Source: Girardia tigrina (taxonomy: Eukaryota). Taken from it: a stretch of 64,000 nt of DNA. The notes beneath the pieces were generated by a model, which saw only the letters and a list, made by a program, of their open reading frames with translations, made no database searches and was not told the origin of the DNA. The stretch spans positions 2,433 through 66,432 of the forward strand of contig MQRK01168300.1 in the NCBI GenBank assembly GCA_001938485.1, in the 5' to 3' direction. The first letter of the stretch is position 1, and every line of letters starts with the position of its first letter. Made by a program: the position numbers and the translations under genes. Positions 14,293 to 24,769 of this stretch are shown here, in pieces.

Positions 14293-16623
14293 GTCATAAT
14301 CATAATAAATCAAATAAACAATTATTGCAAAATATAGCTTCAAGAAATAAGATCAAACTCATTAGGTCTTTAGTTATCAAGTCTCTTGAAAAGCTCAAAA
14401 TCAGTTCATCAAGACGAAAGGTTGAAAAATAAAATAAAGGGTCCTTTATACCTTAATGAAGGTAAAATTACACAATATGGATTTTCGGTATCAAATGGAG
14501 TTCATGTGATACGTTTTTTATGGTGATTGCGAATCTGAAGTTTGCCTCATACAGGAAATTTTTTATTTCGAAAACAAAATGTTTTAAGTCACATAATTTT
14601 TCAAAATTATATAAAGCGAGACGGAAGGAAGGAACAAATAAATTAAATAAATGATTTATTCAGAGTAAAAGATTTCAAATGAGTCTCTTGAGTTCATTAT
14701 CCCAAAGAAGTCGATTTTCGAAATTCGCAAAGGGTTTTTAATAATTCAGTATTAATTTCGTAATTGTTATAATCAATCAAGACTTTATTTTTAAATTTAT
14801 TCTCAAGTAACTCCTCAAAAAATAACCATAAGGATTAAGATTTCGAGAATATGGAGGGCAATCGATTCTGCATCCGGTTTTCGTATCAGCATCCACCCCA
14901 AGGATACGCGTACCAGAATGTCGTGATAGAAGACCGAGCACATCGTCAGTGTGATGCGGTCAGTGTCACCCTGCTTCAACCAACATCATCGACTTTTTCA
15001 GATTCAGACAAATTAGAGATCATTTATTTATTCGGCCGGAACGAAAGTTTAGTCAGTTATTTACATATTTTTTTCTTACACGGATTTTATACATGATGAA
15101 ATTTATATACTATATATAAATTAGAAGCATATATTATTCACATTGTCTTTTCTATAGAAATGTATTGAATTTGAGAAGCAAGTTAAAATATCTGTTGACA
15201 AATCCGTTCATGCTTGGTGATCGTTGGGTTAATAGGAGAGTAATAATATTATATTTTATGTATTGTATATTTTTTTTCTGTATTAAATTTGAAAGATAAA
15301 ACTCTTATCGATATTATTTAAACATTTATAATAATTATTTTTTCAGCGACAATTTTCATAATTCATTCATCTTTAAAAGACATTTTAACCGAACCAAACC
15401 GTTCACAATGATGAAAGGCGCCGTTTTGGGAGTTAAATAATAACATTGGATTACTTTCCAGTCGAATAGGACAGGTTTACGAATATTGAGTGGAAAATTT
15501 GATAGATCGTGCTTCAATGTTTTATCATTTGTGTTAAGTCGCTCAGAAATACGTTGACTCTCTATGTGAATATTTGATGAGCATTACAGCCGGTCCCGCA
15601 TTCACTCGGCGACTCGCGCTCAGCAAACTGTGAAACTGATATGATGGGAGAAAACTCTCGATGTCACATTTCCTCTTCAGGAATGACAAGAGCGAACGAA
15701 CCGTGACTTTATTCGTTTATTACACCCACGAAATATATATTTTTCATATGGACGAATATAAATAATAAATAATTATTGATTATGAGATTTTAATTACAAT
15801 TACTAATAACAAATAATAATAATAATAATGGTTAGGATTTTGGGGAGCCACAAAAGTTTTTGAATGTTTATATTTAAAATCTCTCAAATGAATTTTCAAA
15901 ATATTAAAAAAAATGTCTTAATAAATTAAAACGTTGAAAAATCTTAGGGTTAAAAATATTTTAAATGAAAGTCTAAAATGATAATTTTATTATTGAAACA
16001 TTATAAAAAATGAAAACTGATAAATGAAAGTTTATAAGAATAAAAATCATAAGAAAACTTTGGTTAAATATTTTTAATAAAATAAAGATTTCTTTAAATT
16101 GAAAATTTTATAATAACAAAAATAAAAAAGTTCAGTTTAAGTTTTTTAAATAATAATAAAAGCAATGTTGTAAAATTAATTATGGAAATTACAGAAATAT
16201 TTTAGGAACTATTCTTTCTTATATGTATAAATAGTTTGTGCAAAAGAAAAATTGCTCTCGAAAATATTTTCGAAAAATATGTTATTTAATAGAAATTTGG
16301 TGTTATGACTTGAACCCTTGATATCGGTCCTAAGAACTACTATTGAGGGTATTTTGTGGCTGATTTTTGAATGAATCGATTGAGATTTTTATATTTCGTC
16401 CATATTTTTTCATCAACTTTTGATACCGAACCTAACATTAATAATTAATGAATCTTTTGACAAGTTTTCTTAATATTTTAATGGTCTTAAAAAGTTCGAA
16501 AGAAAATTGCACTATTCTGATGTCTTTTAAACAGAAAAATCTTAAAAGTCATTGAATATGTTTTATCCAAATACTTTACACTTCTCATCTAGCTCGAAAC
16601 AAGCTTCACAATACACTCGTCGT

Positions 16624-17075
16624 TGTGAGGAATATTTTGAATGTTTGATGTTTTGTGTTTGAATGTGTATGTTGATTTGTAAATGTGTCTCTCCTACCCA
16701 GATGGATGATTAATATTTTAATTCTTATTATCTAAAAATATGTAATGTTTAAATTTATTTTTAATTTCAAATAATTTTAAAATTTTAAATAAGTTAATTA
16801 ATTTTTACAATTTTTAATAAATAAATCAAATTAATATATTTCAAATAATTTATAATCATTTTCATTATTATCCAATAAGTTTTGAGTGAATATTTTAATA
16901 AAATATTTATTTCCCATATGCTAAAAAAATAATGAGAATTAGTTCATTAATCAATTTCGTTTAGAATGCAAATGTACGAAAGTTTTGACAAAGATTGTTT
17001 TGAGGACAATCAAAATTGTTGTTTAAATAAAAATATAAAAAATCAAATTGGTGTTCTTAATAAACATGTACAACT
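16624..17075 (+). repeat. TGTGAGGAATATT family copy
   Basis: Same terminus, TCTCCTACCCAGATGGA motif and downstream ATGAGAA start. Confidence 0.7.
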
Positions 17076-17506
17076 AAGTGTGGATTATCGACCACATCAA
17101 CAAGGTAACTTTCTAACTATAACCTTTTGATGCGATCACATTACCTAAATATTGTCGGTTTTACGTTTTAAGAATTTATTTAAATGTTTATTTATTCTAC
17201 CGACAATTTTAAACAAATTTCTTTTTTTTATTTAATCATTTCGCCAAAATTCATTCTTTAAATTTTCTTTAAAATCAAATTTCTACTTTTGTATAAATTT
17301 ATATAATTTTCACTATTAAAATTTATATTTGAAATTAAATACTTTTGTAAAAAAATATTTAATTTAACTTCAACTTCAATTTCTTTCAACATAATTTTGT
17401 GCTAAATTGTACCTGAAAAAGTTTAACTTACTTATTTCCTTATTTCAAATTTTTAGTAAATATTTTTTTGTTTAAAAATTGTCGGTTTTACTTACAGATA
17501 ATACAT

Positions 17507-18560
17507 ACAGACAAGACCAAAAACATACACACCCAATTAGACTTTTATGTATATAATTGGACAATTAAGATTTTGGTCATTTAAAAATGTACGACAACTG
17601 TTGAACAATTTCATCTGCATCATCAGATGCCACGGACCCTGCAGTAGAAGTTTCACTTCAAAATTCGAGTGGCAACATCAGAAATCATAAGAAAACGTAA
17701 GTCCTTGATTTTGCACTTGCATTTTCATAATTTATGTGTAGAATTTCGGTGATAGATAAAGAAAGACTCATAGACGCCTATAAGGAAGGTCAAGATTTTA
17801 TGGTTTTGGCGCGACAACTGAAGATTAGCAATTCCGCTACCAGGGGAATCATATTTAGATACCGTAAAAATGGTACTATAACAACTGGCCAACATGATGG
17901 CGATAAGAAGGCCATTATTTCTTCCGAAGTTGGGAATCAATTACTGGAATTTGTAGAAGACTACCTAACATGTACCCTGGCCGAAATGAAGCAGTTCTTC
18001 GCAAGTATCGAGAAAAATTGTTCCCTAAAAACCATTTCCCGGTTTTTGCACGAGTAATTAATTACGATCAAAAAGGCTCATGGCTACGTTCAGGAGAGGA
18101 ATAGTGAACGCATCAAGGATTCCAGATATAATTGTCTCCAGAGAAGGACCACTTTTATTCGAAGTACATTGTGGAAGCTTGTATCATATCAAATATCAGA
18201 CATTCATAACTGAATTGTCTGTCAAATTACCCCGGACACCACATTATTTAGTCCATGACAACACGATCCATATAAACACGATCTCAAATCACACTATCAT
18301 TAACCTTCCTCCATATTCGCCTTTCCTCAACCCCATCGAGGCGTTCTTCGCCAAACTGAAAAGAGATATCCGAAATGAAGTCACAAACTATTCGGACACG
18401 CTTTTCATTTCTCCAAAACAAAGGCAGGTCGTGTTACAACAGTTAATCGAAACTGTTGCAGCGAAAGAGGAGTATAGAGATATGCGAAATGATTTTCGAC
18501 ACATTAAAAAGTTTTTCCAGACTGCCTCACCAAATCTGATATTTTTGGTGATTAATTAAA
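17507..18560 (+). mobile_element. Decayed Tc1/IS630-like (DD34E-type) element; 45-nt intron 17697..17741
   Basis: N-terminal HTH-like region, LVHDN, LPPYSPFLNPIE. Removing the GTAAGT...TAG intron restores the frame NHKKT|ISVIDKERL. Confidence 0.8.
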
Positions 18561-19878
18561 TGTTAATTATGTATTTTATAAATAAATATATAAATTTACT
18601 TACTTCTTAAAAAAATAAAGCATGTTTGTTTTTTGTTTAAAGCAAAATGCTCAATCAAATTTTAATAACTGCCGCATTTAGATTATTAAATGCTGGTAAC
18701 TGTATAACACACCCTACATACAAACATAACGTATTAACATTTTGAAATGACCTTTAACATTTTAATAGGGCAAATTAAAATAAAAATATACAAATATTTT
18801 TAATTTTTTTTAAAATAAACTACAAATTAAATTAAATATATGGATATTTATTACTCGGATATTAGCAGTCCTTCTAAGGAAAACCAAAATAAAGATGAAG
18901 CACAAGAAAAATGTTTTTGGTGTCCTTTCCAAATACTAAAAATGACAAGAACTGAATAATTTAATTTGAGGACGGTTAATAAACCTTCATACAACATTTA
19001 CACAATATTTGTCACATTATCGTCATTTATTATTTATATACAGAAAAAATAAAGTCAAACAAAAAAACTAAGTATTCATTAAATTTTATTGAATAATAAC
19101 AAAGATATGTCTCCCTGAACAAAATGTCAAAACGTGATCTTTTCCTTTACCAAATTCATCTGTATTTTTCGTGATTTCAAGAAATCTAAAGGCGACTCAG
19201 ACACCCACAACACTAAACTTCAAAGTATCTCTAGCGAATCGAAATTGACTCCGTGAGGGGTTAATGCGGTGCGGTTTTGAGGCACCTAAATCTGAGTCAA
19301 TACTGCCGGACTTGCTTATGTAATCCGTGTTTTTTATGTATTCGTCGTGGTAAACATCAAAAATTTCAAAATCTGAATTGCATTCCCAAAAACAGTCAGT
19401 TCTTATTTACGCATTATATAGAACGAGCAATCGAGAACGCTGGTAAGTTATTCTAATCGCATGTTTTACACTTATAACATGACAGATTTCCTTCTATATC
19501 GATAATAAATAATATAAATAATTAATATAGTATAGAGTGCCCTCGACAAATGTTAAAATGTCATATTAAAATGAAAACAAGTGTATTAATAATTTGCTCT
19601 TGTAAAACCTTTCCTTCTTAGTTTTATTTGATTCTTCTTTCACGATAAACTTTCAAAACCATTTCATTTTCGAATTCAGTCTTCTTTTCTCCTTTTAACT
19701 TAGTAAATTCCACAACCTTTACGATTTACAACAAATAATGATAAACCTTTTCTATATAAATACAAAAAATAACATTTAGATTTAAGGGCAATTTATTTAT
19801 AAACAAAATAAAGAAACGAAATCCGGATGAAAATCTTCTTTTAATAACCAAAGTCATCCGTTTAAAAATATATTTTAA

Positions 19879-19916
19879 GACAATTATTTCGACGGATCTA
19901 CCATCATCTTCAGGTC
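19879..19916 (-). ncRNA. Minimal type I hammerhead ribozyme motif (PLE pLTR)
   Basis: GAC-CUGAAGA-U-GAUGG/UAGAU/CCGUC-GAAA-UAAUU-GUC. The stem III palindrome is 1 nt short relative to the copy at 32162. Confidence 0.7.
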
Positions 19917-20950
19917 ACTAATTAATAATCAATTCACCGGTATATAAATACAAAAATGATGATTGTGTAATCGATTGCATGAAATCTCGCTAATCAAAAA
20001 TTCTCAATAAGCTATTTGAGACTGCCGATTGAACATTGATTTTAGGGCAACGTGACCTAATTAACAATGCTTTACACGACACTCTCTCCCAATAGCTGTC
20101 AAAATTCTTACACAGAATTTTGAAATTATCAAAATTAACATCACATTTACATTTTTTCCTATGTTCTGCAATATTATACTTACTCTCTTTTCGACCATGT
20201 TCTTGAATTCATTTACAGAGATGACGGGCAGTCTCTCCAATGTATGTGGCATCGCATCCATTACATTTATATTCATAAACAATATCAGAACAAAGTGTTA
20301 AAGGTGTAATAGATTTATTACTGAACATATNNNNNNNNNNNNNNNNNNNNNNNNNNNNNNNNNNNNNNNNNNNNNNNNNNNNNNNNNNNNNNNNNNNNNN
20401 NNNNNNNNNNNNNNNNNNNNNNNNNNNNNAATTAAACAATATTTAGGCATATTATTCATATCTAATGATCCTACAATTTCTTTCTTAGATCCATCAGGAG
20501 AAGCCAAACTCTGATTTTTCGAAAAATCTTTTAAAAGTATTTTATCTAGTGTAGTTTCCTTTATTAATTTTTCTAGAAAAGATTTAGAATAACCATTCTT
20601 ATTTAACAACGAACTTAGTTTATTAACACTTTCTACAGATTTAACAAAAGTGGAAGACAACGACCAGGAGCGATAAATTAAACCTTTAATCATGTTTCTT
20701 TTATACTTAAGTTCACACAAACTATTTGGTGAAGTATATAAACCTGTATCAGTTTGCTTCCTATAAATTTCAGTCTCGTAACCTAGAGATTTTCTTTCAA
20801 CCAAAAGATCCAGAAAAGGTAAGACTCCATTCTTTTCATTTTCAACTGTAAAAGTAACATTTGAATGTAACGAATTCATAAAATTTAAAAATGGAAGTAC
20901 ATCAGCCTGATTTTAAAAAACTAGGAATATATCATCAACGTATCGTTTAT
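19879..20950 (-). mobile_element. 5'-truncated Penelope-like element (RT C-half plus GIY-YIG) with 3' hammerhead
   Basis: YKRYVDDIF, LPFLDLLV, YRKQTDTG, VYEYKCNGCDATYIGETARHL. Confidence 0.9.
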
Positions 20951-21352
20951 ATATAAAATAAAGAAAACACGCCATTTTAATAATTTTTATTATACAACAA
21001 AACTTGTTTCGACATTACGGCATCATCTGTTGTGAAATACTTTCGGAATTCAAGTCATTTATATGGCACATTGACTACACTCAAACCTGTTTTATGCGAT
21101 TTTTTGTGCGATCTCATAATTTAATTTTTTGTATGAAATGGTAAAAATAAAGTCACATAAAACAGTTGAGTGTATTGCGCAATTAATTTTTTAAAGCAAA
21201 AACAAATTGATTGCGTCGTAGTCAATATGCCATATAAATGACTTCTAATCTGAAATTATTTCACAACTGATGATGCCGTAATGGCGAAACATATTTTGTT
21301 CTATAATAAAAAAATTAATAAAATGATCAGTTTTCTTTATTTTGTTTATAAA
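20946..21352. repeat. ~405-bp foldback element with a hammerhead motif in each arm
   Basis: Arms 20946-21078 and 21218-21352 are reverse complements. Inner hairpins at 21076-21174 and 21178-21215. Confidence 0.85.
21263..21299 (+). ncRNA. Minimal hammerhead ribozyme motif
   Basis: ACAA-CUGAUGA-U-GCC/GUAAU/GGC-GAAAC-AUAU-U-UUGU. The mirror copy at 20997..21033 (-) has the mutated core CAGAUGA. Confidence 0.7.
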
Positions 21353-21703
21353 TACAAAAACATGTATATTTTAATATAGATAATTAATATAATACATCCA
21401 CAGATTTGTTTTTCAAACATGTACTCATAACCACAAGCTTTTGATGTAAGAGTTTTGTGAATAATTTACAGGTTATAAAGTACTTTCGAATCAGAATTAG
21501 GACTGCCGAAACAACGACCTTTACAACGTATCCGTCCATAGATGACAGAAATTAGTCAAATTTTATTAGAATAATTATTCGATTAGAGTTTTTGATTTTT
21601 GTCAGAAATATTTATTTCATGAAAATCTCTAAGTACTCGACTTTCGTTCGAAAAAAATTAAGACATTCATTTTATCACTATTTTAATTTTAAAGATAATA
21701 TTT

Positions 21704-22954
21704 CTACAAAGGTGGAACTAGAACATCTTGCATGACCTTTTTATCGGAAGAATATAAAGGTATAGGAGTTATAATACTAAATTTCTCACTATTGTATAGG
21801 GCACTAAGCCCAGTCGACGGCCGGTCGCCTTGATAGCCCCATTTGTAAAGAGGATCTCTCATCGGCGGAAGTAACTCATGTAGAGGATTCGTAATTTCAT
21901 CGTCTACAACCTCACCGGAAGAATAGGCTAACATTTTCCCACAAATCATTTTACAAAAGTTACTCATACAACACATAATTACACGAATCATAAATAACAA
22001 CGCTACTACGACCTGATAGCAAATAGAATAAATATAAAATGATTCTTGGCAGAAAGGTATTTTTTGATTGTACGTCTTATTGTTTTGAACGATAACAATA
22101 TCATGGGACATTGCATCGTGACTCAAATGATTAATGAACACATTGGGTATCCACGCAAACCCTACGGTATACCAAACAATAGAGGCCGAATACAGTATCA
22201 AAAGAATACAAGAAACGAACACTTGCATATGGTCGGCATTGCTGTCGGGAACGACTGGATTTTCCGTCTGAAACCAAATCCAAGACCTGGACCATTCCAA
22301 GATCACGATAATCATATGAAAGCAACCGGACACGATTAGGAAAATATCCACCATATCACAAGTGTTCATATGGATTATTCCGACAGCCACAGCGGACATT
22401 TCGAATAAAATGATCAAAATACTGATAAAAGTCGAGATGAAAAACATGGCCCGTATCTTCTGATAGCCGTCATCGTTCGGTCGATTCATTGGATTCAGTA
22501 CGATCAATTCTTCGGCATTCGCTAACGGTTCCAAACTCAGATTCGAGAACCCGTCTGCGTTATTGCGAATTCCGAAACTGTTGCTCATATTCGAACCCGG
22601 ACTCGACAAAATCGGCAACGAGACTTGCAAAACCGATAACGAGTTGTGGCGCGGTTTTAATTTCGAAAAACGTGATTTTCGATTTTTGATTTTATCTCGA
22701 ATATTTTCCGACATTTGACCGAACGAATCGTTGATCATTCGATTTTGAGTGATCGTCTTAAAGGCGTCATTGATTCCCGGTCCCGTTAGAGATGGCTGAT
22801 AGAAGTTATTTGCATTTTGTGTTTGGTAATTTGATTTCGGTTGCGAGTCGCGTCTTCGGTGTGAGTTGTAACGGGCGGTCGGATTACTGCGCAGATTTGC
22901 GAAGACGTTTGAGGAATGAAAGTGGGTGTTTTCGTCGAATGTCACACCTTTCAT
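21704..22954 (-). CDS. Intronless 4-TM membrane protein, TMEM272-like, 416 aa
   Basis: Long clean ORF with four hydrophobic segments. Motifs GIIHMNTC..IFLIVSG, VWYTVGFAW and FCQESFYIYS resemble the TMEM272 pattern. AATAAA on the minus strand at 21616-21611. Confidence 0.8.
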   Translation of the reverse strand: MKGVTFDENTHFHSSNVFANLRSNPTARYNSHRRRDSQPKSNYQTQNANNFYQPSLTGPGINDAFKTITQNRMINDSFGQMSENIRDKIKNRKSRFSKLKPRHNSLSVLQVSLPILSSPGSNMSNSFGIRNNADGFSNLSLEPLANAEELIVLNPMNRPNDDGYQKIRAMFFISTFISILIILFEMSAVAVGIIHMNTCDMVDIFLIVSGCFHMIIVILEWSRSWIWFQTENPVVPDSNADHMQVFVSCILLILYSASIVWYTVGFAWIPNVFINHLSHDAMSHDIVIVQNNKTYNQKIPFCQESFYIYSICYQVVVALLFMIRVIMCCMSNFCKMICGKMLAYSSGEVVDDEITNPLHELLPPMRDPLYKWGYQGDRPSTGLSALYNSEKFSIITPIPLYSSDKKVMQDVLVPPL

Positions 22955-23123
22955 TTAGTAATATTTCCAGAGATTGTTTTAAAATAGTTAAAATATTCCA
23001 TATCGAATATTGATAATATTAATTGACTTTTTTAATAGATGTAATTATTAATATCGTATAAACTCTTCATTTTAATAACATAAAATAATATAATATAGTA
23101 TACTAATCCAATATTATACAATA

Positions 23124-23281
23124 CAGTAGAACCTGGCTATTCCGGCATGGCCGGTGATTTAAAATATTCTGGAATATATAGTTTGCCGGAATAGAGAGAG
23201 TCAGAACAAATACCGTTATTGAAAAATAGGGATTTTCGGACCTGCCGGATTAAAGAGGGACGGATTAGACAGGTTCAACTG
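23124..23281. mobile_element. Tigger/pogo-type MITE
   Basis: TA|CAGTAGAACCTGGCTATTCCG ... CGGATTAGACAGGTTCAACTG|TA. Confidence 0.8.
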
Positions 23282-23656
23282 TATTATATAATATCTCATA
23301 TAATATAATAGCTAGTGTACGCTGAGTATATCTTTTTGTTTTGTCACCTTCCCTTTTGTCCCATTTCTCATCAAGGATTCTTCTGTGATGGTTGTCTTCT
23401 TATTCTTTAGTATTCCTTTCTTTTTTAGATTTAGTAGTCAGCATGAATTCAGGAGCTTCGAAGTTGTATCCAAGACAATAACAATAGAACACTGTAAATT
23501 TAACAATAAATTTAAATCATTAGCTTTTTTAATATCCACGTCTTTCTTTCAAATTAAATAATCTTTTCCAGAAAAAAATAATAAAACAAGATTTATAATT
23601 AAATATACGTACAATTCAACTTCAACGAATGTCCAGAAATAATCCTTACCTATATA

Positions 23657-24038
23657 CCCCTGGCTCTCAAAACCGTGCTCCGTGGAACACTGGTGTTTTG
23701 CGAAAAAATCAAATATAGAATTAAAAATTGTTTTTAAAAGAAAAATCAGTACAATGTAAATTAATGGTGATGAAATCAATAAATGCCAATGACGATATTT
23801 GTAATATACTAGGCCGCGTGGTACAGTTAGCCATAGAAAATATTCTAGTCATCATTCACTTGATTTAAATTATAACAAATATGTATTTTTGGTTGGATAT
23901 CTTTCATGAAAATGTCGGATGTGATTCGTAAAGTTATTTGTGCGATTGCTTTAAATGTAATATATTATTGAAAGTGTTCCGCAGAAATAAATGTTAAAGT
24001 TTAGTGTACCTCGACTTCAAAAAGATTGAGAACCATGG
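23657..24038. mobile_element. hAT (Charlie-like) MITE remnant
   Basis: TGGCTCTCAAAACCGTGCTCCGTGGAACACTGG at one end; GTGTTCCGC...AAAAAGATTGAGAACCATGG at the other. Confidence 0.6.
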
Positions 24039-24769
24039 CTTTATACTGTAAATAGCAAGGTGTTAATGATTTTATAAGACATTGCGATACATAAATTTGA
24101 TAAATCTTCTATTCTAGAAGTTTTTACCGCTACGACGATCTATTAAGCGCAGATTTATGGAAACTAAGTATGATTTTTTAAAGGAAACTAAGTCAATCAT
24201 ATTTGTTATGGTACCCAATCCTTAATCATTCGAAAGTGAAGGTCATGGCTGTATATTAATATCAAGACACAAGAACCAACAGAAAGTTTATTTGTTTTTT
24301 AAATAATATAATAAAATAATATATTTGTATCATGTAATAACATTTTTTTACCTATTGTTATATATTTTAATAAAAAAATATCATTTAATAAAATATTTTT
24401 TTGCAACTAAAGAAATATTATAAAATGTTTATATTATATAATATATAACTCCTATTATATAAAACTTTTTTTCGTTAGTTAATAAAACGAACATATAATT
24501 TCTTTAAAAACAATATTTTATTATATAATTATGATAAATAGTAGTAAATCAAAAAGTCAACATTTCAAATAAACAAATATAATAAGAGAAACAATACTCA
24601 AAAATTGATAATGTTCATCATCAAAGCGAAGCTGCGAGATCAATGGATGATACATAGAGATGGCCAAACAACAAACCTTGATATGGGGGGTACATCAAAC
24701 GCCTAATAAAACAATCATATTTAACAATGAGATTAAACAAAATGATATCGAATAAAAAGAGTTTTGCTA

